Source of the DNA: a plasmid
Strand: one strand, 5' to 3'
DNA: 64,000 nt
Sequence record: NZ_CP014093.1
The stretch's first letter is position 1. Each line of letters opens with the position of its first letter. This document shows positions 35,505 to 46,378 of this stretch, piece by piece. The translations under genes and the position numbers were made by a program. The notes under the pieces were generated by a model. The model saw nothing but the letters and a program-made list of their open reading frames with translations. It was not told the origin of the DNA and did not search any database.

Positions 35505-36683
35505 TCAAGCGGCTAACGCCGACTCTCCACAGGCTAACAAGCGGTGTCCCCGCTCTAAAATATTTAATGCGCCAACAATATCTGCATTGTTGGTGTAACC
35601 ACACTTAATACACTCAAAATGAGATTGAGTTTTACGGTTATCTTTCGATACATGACTGCAACAAGGGCAGGTTTGGCTTGTGTATTGCGCTGGCACAGCG
35701 ACAACTAAACCACCATTCCATAATTGCTTGTACTCTAGTTGTCTTCTGAACTCATACCAACCCTGATCAAGTATTGATTTGTTCAGCCCTGACTTAGCTT
35801 TCACGTTTTTACCGTGCTTTTCTGCATTGCCTTTTGCTGACTTAGACATGTTTGATACACGTAAGTCCTCAATCACTATCATCGCGTGGTTCTTGCTGAT
35901 TTGATGTGAGGCTTTATGTAAGTAGTCCTTGCGACAATTCGCAATGAGAGTGTGTAGCTTTTGAATTTTGGCTTTCTGTTTCTGCCAGTTAGCAGAAAAC
36001 TTAACCTTTCTTGATAGCTTGCGCTGTTCGACAGCTAAGCGCTTTTCATGCTTACGGAATGCGTTAAGCGGTTTTAGATATGAGCCGTCTGACAATGTGA
36101 CTAACTTGGCAACACCCATATCAATACCAACGGCAGAGCTAGAGGTATGCTTAGGTTCATCAATTTCTTGCTCAACTTGGAACGAGATATACCAGTGACC
36201 AGACTTAAAACTAACAGTACAGTTCTTAATGTTGCCTTGTACTTCTTGTGATTTGCGAAACTTCAGCCAGCCAAGCTTGCTCGGTAGCTTTACACGCTTA
36301 CCATCTAGTTCGCAGTATTTGTTGAAGTTAACAAAGCGCACTGAATCTTGGTTTTTGCCTTTATTTTTAAATCTAGGCTTATCAGCAGCTAATGACTTGT
36401 CGAAGCATCGCATCCAAGCCGTATGAAGGTCTTTGAGCTTTTGCTGTAGATTGTCAGTGTATGCCTCTTTGAGCCAAGCAAGATCGTCTTCTTTCTTCCA
36501 TTGCGTGAGTTGCTTACACAGTTCAGCGTAGTTCGGGATCTTCTCGCCAGAGTCCAACTTGTTTAAGCAGTGGCGCAAGCCTTGATTCCACACAAATCGA
36601 GCATGACCGCAAAGCACAGCAAGTCTAGCCGCTTGGGTAGCGGTAGGCTCTAACCGAAATTTGTATGCTTTGCGTATTAACAT
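35505..36683 (-). CDS. tnpB: TnpB (IS605 OrfB-family RNA-guided endonuclease)
   Basis: RuvC-like segments and a C-terminal zinc finger CPCCSHVSKDNRKTQSHFECIKCGYTNNADIVGALNI. Confidence 0.85.
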   Translation of the reverse strand: MLIRKAYKFRLEPTATQAARLAVLCGHARFVWNQGLRHCLNKLDSGEKIPNYAELCKQLTQWKKEDDLAWLKEAYTDNLQQKLKDLHTAWMRCFDKSLAADKPRFKNKGKNQDSVRFVNFNKYCELDGKRVKLPSKLGWLKFRKSQEVQGNIKNCTVSFKSGHWYISFQVEQEIDEPKHTSSSAVGIDMGVAKLVTLSDGSYLKPLNAFRKHEKRLAVEQRKLSRKVKFSANWQKQKAKIQKLHTLIANCRKDYLHKASHQISKNHAMIVIEDLRVSNMSKSAKGNAEKHGKNVKAKSGLNKSILDQGWYEFRRQLEYKQLWNGGLVVAVPAQYTSQTCPCCSHVSKDNRKTQSHFECIKCGYTNNADIVGALNILERGHRLLACGESALAA

Positions 36684-37158
36684 GACAATCAGTGTGAATC
36701 TTGATAATGTATTTATATTATCAACTTACATACAAAAGACAATATCAGTGTGCGATAATTTTAATAAGGGCAGGCATAGTTGTTATTCACTGCATTTACA
36801 TATCGTTTTCGTGACAAAATACAGAAAGAAAGTGTTTGGAGATTTGCATCTACAAAGTCTTGAGGCGACTTTCAGGGAGCTTTGTTTGGGCTTTGATGCG
36901 GAGCTAAAGGAATTTAACGGAGAGCCTGACCATGTTCATTTGCTAATATCAACATCTCCGAATACACCTAGCGTTGCAAAATTGGTGAACTCGTTAAAAG
37001 CAACCAGTTCACGCAGGATTCGCAGGGAATTTAATGATGTAGCAGGAGCGTTTGGTAAGAATGTGCTTTGGAGTCGGTCTTACTTTGCTGGAACATGTGG
37101 AGGTGCGCCACTAACTGTTATTCGTCAGTACATCGAGCAACAGGATAGACCGCATTAA
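36661..37158 (+). CDS. tnpA: IS200-family Y1 (HUH) transposase TnpA (N-terminus and start codon uncertain)
   Basis: HLHIVFVTKYRKKVF...HVHLLIS matches HUH/Y1 transposase motifs. Confidence 0.75.
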   Translation: MYALRINMTISVNLDNVFILSTYIQKTISVCDNFNKGRHSCYSLHLHIVFVTKYRKKVFGDLHLQSLEATFRELCLGFDAELKEFNGEPDHVHLLISTSPNTPSVAKLVNSLKATSSRRIRREFNDVAGAFGKNVLWSRSYFAGTCGGAPLTVIRQYIEQQDRPH

Positions 37159-37277
37159 GGCGCTATCGCACCTTTGGCTATTCCCCTCCCTGTTCTTTCG
37201 CAGGGAGCACCTAGCCATTAAAGGTGGTACTACTATGCGGAACACATCCATAGGTAACTCGATGATCAGAGTAACTT

Positions 37278-37721
37278 TTATGTGGTGAAGCACTGCTGGT
37301 TTGGGTTACGTAGTTCAATGATGGTATTACTTTGATCAACACGGTTAAATGCCTCATCACTTATATTTGCGTGATCAAAATCAGTACGAAATAGATCCGC
37401 ACGATACAAATCGACCTTACTCATTTGTGCATAACTCATGTCTGCGTTTCTCAAATCCGCATCGCGGAACGTTGCGTTGTTCAGGTTAGCGTGACTGAAA
37501 TTGGCATAAGTAATGTCAGCCTCATTCATATTCGTACCTGATAAATTGGCGCCACTGAAGTTGGTGCGGGTGAGATTGGCGCAACGCAAATCAGCATTTT
37601 TAATTGTACGATTGCTTAGGTCGGCATTACATAATTGTGCACGCTCACCGCCTTGCTTGTCTAACCACAGTTTGTGTTGCTCAAGAACTGAATCAAGCTC
37701 TTGTTGAGTGTATGTATTCAT
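37278..37721 (-). CDS. pentapeptide-repeat protein (Qnr-like fold, 147 aa)
   Basis: Tandem A(D/N)LxxA(N/D)L pentapeptides over about 100 residues. Confidence 0.75.
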   Translation of the reverse strand: MNTYTQQELDSVLEQHKLWLDKQGGERAQLCNADLSNRTIKNADLRCANLTRTNFSGANLSGTNMNEADITYANFSHANLNNATFRDADLRNADMSYAQMSKVDLYRADLFRTDFDHANISDEAFNRVDQSNTIIELRNPNQQCFTT

Positions 37722-37777
37722 ACTTCACACCTCTATTCTCATAGGGGATACCAATATTAGGCCCCCTTTATCTTGAT

Positions 37778-38170
37778 TTAGCTAATCTTGCTGTGCCATA
37801 TCTCGCTATCTGGGCCAATAACACATTCGCCGTCTACTCTCATTGATAACCGAATAAGACAGCGTTTGGCCACTTCCTTGAAATCGTCTTCGGGTAAATG
37901 TCTTACCGAGTCGACCAAGGCTTGACAATGCGGGGCGGTTTGCTCTTTTAAAGTGTAGAAAACCCATTTCCCCTTTTTCTCGTGGTTCAGGAGGCCAGCT
38001 TTGTAAAGTATTTTAAGATTACGAGATACGTTGTATTGAGTTTCACCAATGATGTCCATTGCTTCAGCTACTGCCATGCATTCATCAACATGCAGGAACA
38101 ACCAGAACAATCGCAATCGATTTGGTTCTGATAAGGCTTTTAACGAATCAATGTATTTTTCATCCATCAT
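37778..38170 (-). CDS. ArsR-family metalloregulator
   Basis: LSEPNRLRLFWLF..VAEAMDIIGETQYNVSRNLKILYKAGLL resembles the ArsR/SmtB HTH. Confidence 0.7.
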   Translation of the reverse strand: MMDEKYIDSLKALSEPNRLRLFWLFLHVDECMAVAEAMDIIGETQYNVSRNLKILYKAGLLNHEKKGKWVFYTLKEQTAPHCQALVDSVRHLPEDDFKEVAKRCLIRLSMRVDGECVIGPDSEIWHSKIS

Positions 38171-38245
38171 GGTTTTACCCTTTCAACTGATTGGCGCCAC
38201 TCTCGATGAGTGGCGCGAGTTTTATATTGTTCAGAGTAACCGATT

Positions 38246-39217
38246 TTACACAACGTATTGGAAGATAGCGCCCCCAATGATCGCTGTCGTTAAGACTATC
38301 CCTACAAACGCGATTACTGCTTTTCTTTTTAGAACTGCAGATACTAACGCGATTTCAGGCAAACTGGCACCTGTACCGCCAATAATTAGTGCCAATGCGG
38401 CCCCTAAGCCCATTCCTTTAGCTATTAACACGTTAAGTAGCGGGATCGCCATCTCGATACGTAGGTAAAGCGGGATACCAATAAATGAAGCCACCACGAT
38501 AGATTGGAAGCTATCACCACCCACATATTTATCTACTAAGTCCGCTGGTAGGTAAACCGCAGAGAATCCGCTGATCGCTGCACCTAACAATACGTATGGG
38601 ATTATTCGTTTGAATAAAGACCAAGCTCCAGCCATTGCATTGCGCGGTCTTGAGGTAGAAGAAAGTGCTGCGCCACAAGTAGAAGTGTTGCTGCCGCATC
38701 CTTTACTTTTGTTGTCTTCTAATTCATCGGCACGCTTGATTTCATTTTTCCAAGGCGACTTGGAGATCACGTAGCCACCCAATACCGCAGCGGTGAACGT
38801 CACCAAGAAGTACACCACAGTGATCTTTAATCCGAAAGTGGCATACACCATCGCTAATACAATGAAGTTACACAATGGTGCAGAAATAATGAAGCTCATT
38901 ACTGTACCCAAGGATGCGCCCATTGATGCCATTGCCATGGTTACAGGAACAACCGCAGCACTACAAAATGGGGTTAACATGCCAAACAGTGCACCCAAAA
39001 GGGTTCCCCATTTATCGTGTTTGGTCAGCGCTGATTGGAGTTTTTTTTGGGGGATGTATTCGCGCATGATGCCGGTTAAAAGTGACACGATGGCGATGAT
39101 AAGAACTAAGCCTTTCGCTACATAAAAGAACTCGTTGAACGCAATAAGTAATTTAGTATCCAAAATTGTAATCTCTAGCAAGTAAAAAGAGATTTTGGAT
39201 AATATCCATACATGCAC
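38246..39217 (-). CDS. permease (DUF318/YraQ-like, Cys-containing)
   Basis: 8 to 10 TM helices plus a Cys cluster (PFCSAAVVP, SKGCGSNTSTCGA). Confidence 0.55.
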   Translation of the reverse strand: MHVWILSKISFYLLEITILDTKLLIAFNEFFYVAKGLVLIIAIVSLLTGIMREYIPQKKLQSALTKHDKWGTLLGALFGMLTPFCSAAVVPVTMAMASMGASLGTVMSFIISAPLCNFIVLAMVYATFGLKITVVYFLVTFTAAVLGGYVISKSPWKNEIKRADELEDNKSKGCGSNTSTCGAALSSTSRPRNAMAGAWSLFKRIIPYVLLGAAISGFSAVYLPADLVDKYVGGDSFQSIVVASFIGIPLYLRIEMAIPLLNVLIAKGMGLGAALALIIGGTGASLPEIALVSAVLKRKAVIAFVGIVLTTAIIGGAIFQYVV

Positions 39218-39659
39218 GATTGTGCAAGTGTGTATATTATTTTATTAGTCGTTAGAGATCGATAGGCTTGCTTATGACCTATAGTTTATTGTCGAAAGAT
39301 ATTTATTAAGTATTGGAAAAAGTATGGGCGTTTCAGATCACGGCATGCTCAATATTTGCCCATAGAAAGACCTTGTCTTCAATAGATAATCCCTAAACAC
39401 AGTCTACACCAACGACATGTCTGGACAGGGCATCATATCTTGAAGAGAGCGGCATTGAGTTGTTAAAACAATGGTGGGCGATGACAAATGTCAGTCATAG
39501 TGCGCGTTGGTATGTGGATTTGGAGAGTACAGCGAGAGTCGATCAGCATCATAATATTGAAAGGCGGAGAAGTAGACTTTGCGTTCATATTTCTTGATAA
39601 TCAGCTGCTTGGTTAGTCAGTTTGATCCCAGAAGGCGAAGTTAGTTAGAACGCTCAGGC

Positions 39660-39929
39660 ATGAAAAAGTGCTATATTGAATACATCACATCTTCACGCCC
39701 CCACAAAAGGAATTATACTATGCCGACCTACCAGGTCACTTACTTCAACGCGAAACACGCCGTAATGGATAGCGAATCTATATTCATGAAAAGTCTAACC
39801 AACGCAAAGCGTTCCGCAGAGCATCATGCACCAGAGGGTACTGACCAAATTGAAATCAAAGATTTAATGGATAAAGTTCTGACTCGATTGATGCTTGAAC
39901 AAGGCTGGGTTGATAACATCGAAGACTGA
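39660..39929 (+). CDS. hypothetical protein
   Basis: ORF. Probable start at MPTYQ (39720). Confidence 0.3.
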   Translation: MKKCYIEYITSSRPHKRNYTMPTYQVTYFNAKHAVMDSESIFMKSLTNAKRSAEHHAPEGTDQIEIKDLMDKVLTRLMLEQGWVDNIED

Positions 39930-39942
39930 TATTGCCGAGCAA

Positions 39943-40478
39943 TCACGGTTCGTTTGGAGTGTCATCAATAAATACACAGGCTTGCTTAGTTTTTCGTACT
40001 AGCCTTTGACAAAATTTAATTTGTTTGTCTGTCAAAGCTTGTTCACGGTTGAGTTGGTCGAGTAAACCTGAAAGCATGTCTCTTTCCAAGTTACTCAGTT
40101 TTTCAGAATGCATGAGGAGTGTCGTATTGATAAGTTCAGAGAGGTTTCTTGAACTCACAATCCCCATTCCTTATTCCACTTCTTTTGTTCCTCAATATCT
40201 TCTGTTCGTTTGCGGACATCCTTTCTCTTAAGCTCTTCTGGTATCCATTTAATCCTTTTTCCTTTCGGATTAAGACCAAGTTGTTTCTGCTTTTGTGTCG
40301 GGTTAGGTAATTTGCTCACATATAATCCTATTTTTTGATGGTTTACTGAATTTCGCACCGCATCCACGTTGGCTATGAAATAAACAATGATACTACACAA
40401 GTCAGCATAAAATAGACAAAAGTGAGTAGCACTAGTTAAATTAGCATTGTAAGTATCGCAAAAACTAGCTAGTTGCAA
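39943..40478 (-). CDS. two small hypothetical proteins (39943-40167 and 40155-40478), overlapping ends
   Basis: ORF track only. Confidence 0.25.
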
Positions 40479-40793
40479 CTTCGGCTATTTGCTCGCAGTC
40501 GGCATAAAGTCGTTTTTTGTTAGCGAATGCATTGGAAACTTACTAATGCTTTTTAAAATCATAACCTTACAGCCAAATTAAAATATGACCGAAGACTAAA
40601 CTAACTATTTTCAATTTAAGACTTATACTTAAAGTAGCTCCGCGAATTTGAGTTATTTTTTCATTATAAAACAAGTTTCCTTTCACAGTTATTTTCGAAA
40701 TTTTTCGTTTAACTTCTGCGACAGCCCTCTTGAGTGACTATGAAATAGCTCTAGTTACCAGAGCCTTAACCTATAGGATTAGTCGAGGTATAT

Positions 40794-41006
40794 ATGTCTG
40801 ACAGAGAAACTGGATCAGTAAAATGGTTTAACGAGAATAAAGGCTTTGGATTTATCACCAAAGATAGTGATGGCAAGGATATTTTTGTCCATTTCCGTTC
40901 GATTTCGTCTGATGGGTTTAAGACCCTGTTGGAAGGGCAAAAAGTAAGTTTTGAAGTTGAACCAGGTGAGAAAGGACCGCACGCAACAAACGTGGCTCTC
41001 ATCTAG
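40794..41006 (+). CDS. csp: cold-shock protein CspA family
   Basis: [28 protein letters not shown]. Confidence 0.9.
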   Translation: MSDRETGSVKWFNENKGFGFITKDSDGKDIFVHFRSISSDGFKTLLEGQKVSFEVEPGEKGPHATNVALI

Positions 41007-41014
41007 ATACGGCT

Positions 41015-41052
41015 GAAGGCATAGCAATCAAAAGCTTTGCCTTCATTTTTTG
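41015..41052 (+). terminator. rho-independent terminator after csp
   Basis: GAAGGCA...TGCCTTC followed by ATTTTTTG. Confidence 0.6.
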
Positions 41053-41250
41053 TCTAGTTATTGTTTGATGGTAAAAGTCCATTCCAACTTCTTCCTTCTT
41101 TTCGAAATTCAACTCTGGTCCTTTCAGGTTATAGATTTTCAGCTGATCAAAGCTATTTGGATATGGGAAATATAAAAGTGTCCCAGAAAACAGTCTATGA
41201 CAAGGAGGTGCCTTTTATAAAGGTCAACCATCATTGAAAGGAAACAAATC

Positions 41251-43973
41251 ATGATACCCACCAACGAGAAAACATGGCGCCAAACATATCTAAGTTCACT
41301 GAATTTAAAAGGTACAGAATACAGATACTGGTCATTAAAAAAACTTGCCCAAGATTATCAAGTAAACCTGTCCAAAATTCCCGTAACTAAACGTCTGCTT
41401 ATTGAAAATGTAATGCGACAAACCTCTGATTTAAAAGAGTCATCTCAAATTATTGAAGCATTGCTCTTTAAAAATAAGGCTCTCGACTCAGAGAGCAACG
41501 GTAATTCATCAGAATTAAGTTTCTATCCTAGTAGAGTACTGATGCAGGACTATACTGGGATACCTGCTTTAGTCGATTTAGCCGCAATAAGAGATGCAGT
41601 AGCTCAAGAAGGCGGAGATCCGAGTTATGTAACGCCTAAATGTCCGGTTGATCTTGTCATAGACCATTCGTTAATTGTTTATCAATCAGGTTCAGAATCT
41701 TCGATACAAACAAATCGCGCACATGAAATGGCACGAAATAGAGAGCGTTATACATTTCTAAAATGGGCACAAAAGAACTTCCGTAACTTGACAGTGATCC
41801 CTCCCGGTAAGGGGATATGCCATCAAGTTAATCTGGAATATCTATCTCAAGTTGTGCGCGAAGACGAAAAAAGAGTGTTAACACCAGACACGGTAATAGG
41901 AACCGATAGCCACACCACTATGATAAACGGGTTAGGCGTGTTGGGTTGGGGAGTGGGAGGCATAGAAGCCGAAGCTGCAATGCTTGGTCAGCCACTAAAT
42001 ATCGCCATCCCACGAGTTGTCGGAGTACGTCTTGATGGGCAATTGCGTCCCGGTGTGACTGCGACCGATTTGGTTTTGACGATCACAGAAAGGTTAAGGT
42101 CTCATGGCGTGGTTGGTAAGTTCGTTGAGTACTATGGTGACGGCTTAGCAACTCTATCGGTGGCAGACCGAGCAACGCTTGCCAATATGGCACCAGAGTA
42201 TGGAGCCACTTGCGGATTTTTCCCAATTGATGAAAATACTATCGCCTATTTAACCCTGACAAACCGCCCTTCTTCACTGATTGATAGAGTGCGGGCGTAC
42301 GCTCTAGAGCAAGATCTATGGTGGGATACAAACCGCCCTTCACCAGAGTATGACGAAAATGTTGTAGTCGATTTATCTGCTATCGGTACCTCAATAGCAG
42401 GGCCCAAACGACCTCAAGACAGACTTAATATCAGCGCCATTAAGCAAGCGACTCTTGACCAATGTGCTATTGAAGGTGCCGCAAACTCAAGCCAGCCAGG
42501 CTCATCCAGACCCTTACATAATGGTGATGTCGTCATTGCAGCTATCACCTCGTGCACTAACACGTCAAACCCCGCTGTTATGCTGACTGCGGGTTTGGTG
42601 GCTAAGGCAGCAGTTAAAAAAGGGTTAACCATTCCTAGCTACGTCAAAACTTCTCTCGCCCCCGGTTCATTAGCTGTCGCTCGATATCTCAATGATACGG
42701 GTTTGCAAGACTACCTCGACCTATTGGGATTTCATCGAGTTGGATACGGTTGCACAACATGCATTGGTAACTCTGGCCCATTAAAAAACAATCTTGAAAC
42801 TGAGATCTTGGAAAACAGCCTGAATGTATCGGCGGTATTATCAGGTAATCGCAACTTTGAAGGTAGAGTACACCCCTCTGTTAGCCTAAACTGGCTTGCC
42901 TCGCCACCTTTAGTCGTCGCATTTGCGTTAGCGGGTACGACCTGTATTGACTTAGAAATAGACCCAATTGCGCTCAATACTAACAACGAGCCCGTCTATC
43001 TAAAAGATCTGTGGCCAAGCCAAGCCATGCTAGATGAAATGCTAAATCAAGTCCATGAGAGCCACTTTAGATTGAGTTACAGCGACATTACTGAAGGTGA
43101 TGAAGAGTGGGAGCAATTGTCAATGAAAGATAGCCCCTGCTACCCTTGGGACGAAGGCTCCACTTACATACAACGCCCTCCTTTTTTGGAAGTACCACCG
43201 CCGACTTTTCCTGTTGAATCAGCGCGTGTATTAGCCATTTTGGGGGATTCAATTACGACCGACCATATTTCACCAGCAGGCCGCATTTCAGAGCATAGTC
43301 CGGCGGGTCAATATCTACTTTCAAAAAACATCACACCCGAAGAGTTTAATAGTTATGGTTCACGCCGAGGAAATCATCACATCATGGTTCGTGGACTTTT
43401 TCAAATGTACGTTTGGAAAACAAAATCGCCTTACCGACGATAGGCGGTGTCACGCGATGTTATGGCGATACCAAACTGGATGACTGTAACATGTCAACCA
43501 CTGAGAAAGCTCCTCCCATCATTCCTATTTACGACGCCAGCAGGAGGTCAATCGAACTTAACGTTCCGTTGGTAATATTTGCTGGCAAAGACTATGGTTC
43601 AGGCTCTAGTCGTGACTGGGCGGCAAAAGGTTGTTTGTTATTGAATGTGAAAGCGGTCATCGCGGAATCGTTTGAGCGAATTCATCGTAGTAATTTAGTC
43701 GGTATGGGCATACTGCCTCTTCAACTGATGCGACCAGATGAATTAAATTCACTGACTTTAGAGGGTAATGAGACTGTTTTTATTGCCCCCCACGAACCTA
43801 TTAAGCCGTTATTGGAGCTCAATATTATCGTAGTAACAGCGCAAGGTGCTGAGCTCACCATACCTGTTACTGCTCGTATAGATAACCCTAAGGAACTGGA
43901 GTATTTTAACTCGGGGGGTATTCTTCAATATGTTCTGAAGCAGCTGACAGCTAATATTCCTAAAATGTCATAG
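41251..43973 (+). CDS. acnA: aconitate hydratase A, -1 frameshift at about 43395 (lost A in A-run)
   Basis: Aconitase-family sequence throughout. C-terminal part GSGSSRDWAAKG...ESFERIHRSNLVGMGILPLQ is in the -1 frame. Restoring CAAAATGTA gives FQNVRLENKIALP. Confidence 0.85.
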
Positions 43974-44049
43974 TGAAGTCTCGCGTCTTAGATTACGGGG
44001 TAGCAGTCTGCGGTAGTTTTTCACCGCAGACTGTCTATACATTTCAGAT

Positions 44050-45402
44050 TCAGATGTTGTTCTGTTTTTCTCTTACAGAGAAATACCGTAAAAAAGTGAG
44101 ACCGAGTAAAGCTGAACAGATGGAAGCTGAGAAAATTCCAAGTTTTGCTGCATTAATTTGATCAGGGCTATAGGCTAACTCTGAGATAAACAAGGCCATC
44201 GTAAAGCCAATGCCAGCCAACATCCCACCCCCCAAAATCATTCCCCAATTCATATTTTCTGGAAGCATGGCTAACCGGAGTCTTACGGATATCCAACTGA
44301 ACAGCACAATACCTATAGGCTTGCCAAAAACAAAACCCAAAAAGACAGCAAAAGTAATTGGAGAAGTCGCGTTCGTACTGGTTAGTGAAATCCCAGCATT
44401 AGCAAAGGCGAATAGTGGTAAAATGATAAACCCGACCCAAGGATGAAGTAACATTTCTAAGCGCTCGACCGGTGAAAGCGTTTCACGGGCCGCCGCCGCA
44501 GCTGTCCTTAAAGTCTCTCCTTCAATCTTATCTCCGCTCCATTGCTTCATAGGAGATGATGCCACTATTGAGTCCACAATAGTGGAGAGGTGTTGCTTGC
44601 TGACCCACTTATTTGTGGGGGTTAATAAGCCTAGAATCACACCAGTAATTGTCGGATGTATACCAGACATGTCGACCGACAACCATATCATTCCTCCAAC
44701 AAGAGAGAAGAGTACAATACTGCGAACTCCCAAGAAGCTCATACCTCGAACAATAATAAAACCTATCAATGCATAAACCACGGGCCGCCATTCAATGTCA
44801 TTACCATAACCAATAGCCACAACAAAGATTGCGCCAATATCATCGACTACGGCCATTGATAACATGAATATTCGTAAGCTACTCGGAATACTTCGTCCTA
44901 AGAGTGCTAGGCACCCGATTACAAATGCGGTATCCGTCGCCATCACAGTCCCCCAACCATGATGCCCTGGCTCACCAAATTGGATAAATAAATAGAAAAG
45001 AGGAGGTAACAACATCCCACCAAGAGCGGCAGCAATGGAAAGTACAGCTAATTTTGGATTACGAAGTTCACCCAGCACCAACTCACGCTTAAGTTCTAAG
45101 GCAATGAGAAAGAAAAACAAAGTCATTCCAGCATCGTTTATCCATTTGTGTAAAGAACGCTCAAAGACTAAATCACCGAAAGTAATCCCTACCGAAATCT
45201 GCCAAAAATGAGCAAACTCTTCACTTAGATTTGAATTGGCAAGTAAAACAGCAAGTACTGCTGAAACAAATAGAACAATGCCTGCTGCGGATTCAATATG
45301 TATAAAACGGTTTACTGGTTGAGCAACCCAATCAATGTACTCTTTTGGTAATCGAGTCGGATTAGTTGGTACTATTGGGATTTTTTTACTCATTGTTTTC
45401 AA
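44050..45402 (-). CDS. nhaA: Na+/H+ antiporter NhaA
   Basis: WINDAGMTLFFFLIALELKRE and ATDTAFVIGCLALLG match NhaA signature regions. About 12 TM helices. Confidence 0.8.
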   Translation of the reverse strand: MKTMSKKIPIVPTNPTRLPKEYIDWVAQPVNRFIHIESAAGIVLFVSAVLAVLLANSNLSEEFAHFWQISVGITFGDLVFERSLHKWINDAGMTLFFFLIALELKRELVLGELRNPKLAVLSIAAALGGMLLPPLFYLFIQFGEPGHHGWGTVMATDTAFVIGCLALLGRSIPSSLRIFMLSMAVVDDIGAIFVVAIGYGNDIEWRPVVYALIGFIIVRGMSFLGVRSIVLFSLVGGMIWLSVDMSGIHPTITGVILGLLTPTNKWVSKQHLSTIVDSIVASSPMKQWSGDKIEGETLRTAAAAARETLSPVERLEMLLHPWVGFIILPLFAFANAGISLTSTNATSPITFAVFLGFVFGKPIGIVLFSWISVRLRLAMLPENMNWGMILGGGMLAGIGFTMALFISELAYSPDQINAAKLGIFSASICSALLGLTFLRYFSVREKQNNI

Positions 45403-46378
45403 CTGTAGGTATTAAGTTACCTTCAATGCTATTGAGAAACCTGAATATGTCACTGTTAGTAGATAAAACAAGCGTTGTATTTTCTGAAATGATAGTTGAG
45501 TAAGACTGCATTGTTCGCGTGAACTCATAAAGGTCTCTCGCTTGAGGGCTTTTATTGTAAGCTAACGAATAAATTTCGGCGGCTTTGGCATCAGCTTGTC
45601 CGCGAATCTCTTCGACTTCACGATAGGCTTCAGACTGGATTTTATTCAAATCTCTGATGCGGTCACCACGAATCCTCGCTGCTTCCCCATTCCCTTCGGA
45701 TAAAAAACGTTCCGCGATTTGCCGACGTTCACTAATCATTCGTTCGTAAATTTTAGGGCGAACACTTTCATTGTAATTAATACGTTTGAAGCGAATATCG
45801 AGCAATTCAATACCAAATATCTTTATTTTTTCTGACGCAGCAGAGAATATTTCTTGTTCTACTAGTTGACGCCCTTTTTTAATAGGAACAAGGGTGCCAA
45901 TTTTTAACTCTCCGTCACTGTCACTTAATAAGGCATCTCGTAACGGTTTTCTGTTTTTGTTGGTACGAATTATTTCGATTAGTTCATGCTTTGCGACAGC
46001 ATTTCGCGTCTCACTTCCTAAAATATCGTCAAGACGAGATTGTGCACTACGCTCATCTTTGATTCTTAAAAAGTATTGAAGTGGGTCGGTTATTCGCCAT
46101 CGAGCGAATAAATCAACTGAAATATACAGCTTATCTTTTGTGGGCATATCGGAAGGGTTGCCATCCCACTCCAACACTCTTTTGTCTATAGTGTTAATCT
46201 CATGAATGAATGGCATTTTTATCTTTAACCCGGCATCCACAACAGGTTCTCCTATTGGCTTCCCAAACTGAGTAATAATGACCTGTTGTACTTCACTCAC
46301 GGTGTAAAGTGCGTTGTATATACCAAGAGAGACACATAAAACTAATGCGGTTATGACTCCTATTTTTTTCGGTTTCAT
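45386..46378 (-). CDS. hflC: HflC-like SPFH/band-7 protein
   Basis: N-terminal TM followed by an SPFH domain. Confidence 0.7.
   Translation of the reverse strand: MKPKKIGVITALVLCVSLGIYNALYTVSEVQQVIITQFGKPIGEPVVDAGLKIKMPFIHEINTIDKRVLEWDGNPSDMPTKDKLYISVDLFARWRITDPLQYFLRIKDERSAQSRLDDILGSETRNAVAKHELIEIIRTNKNRKPLRDALLSDSDGELKIGTLVPIKKGRQLVEQEIFSAASEKIKIFGIELLDIRFKRINYNESVRPKIYERMISERRQIAERFLSEGNGEAARIRGDRIRDLNKIQSEAYREVEEIRGQADAKAAEIYSLAYNKSPQARDLYEFTRTMQSYSTIISENTTLVLSTNSDIFRFLNSIEGNLIPTVENNE

Larger units (their letters stand above)
35390..37260. mobile_element. IS200/IS605-family insertion sequence (tnpB minus, tnpA plus, subterminal hairpins)
   Basis: Hairpin CCCCTAGC-tgattc-GCTAGGGG at 35430-35452 and CCCTCCCTG-ttctttcg-CAGGGAG at 37187-37210. 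Carries tnpA and tnpB. Confidence 0.7.
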
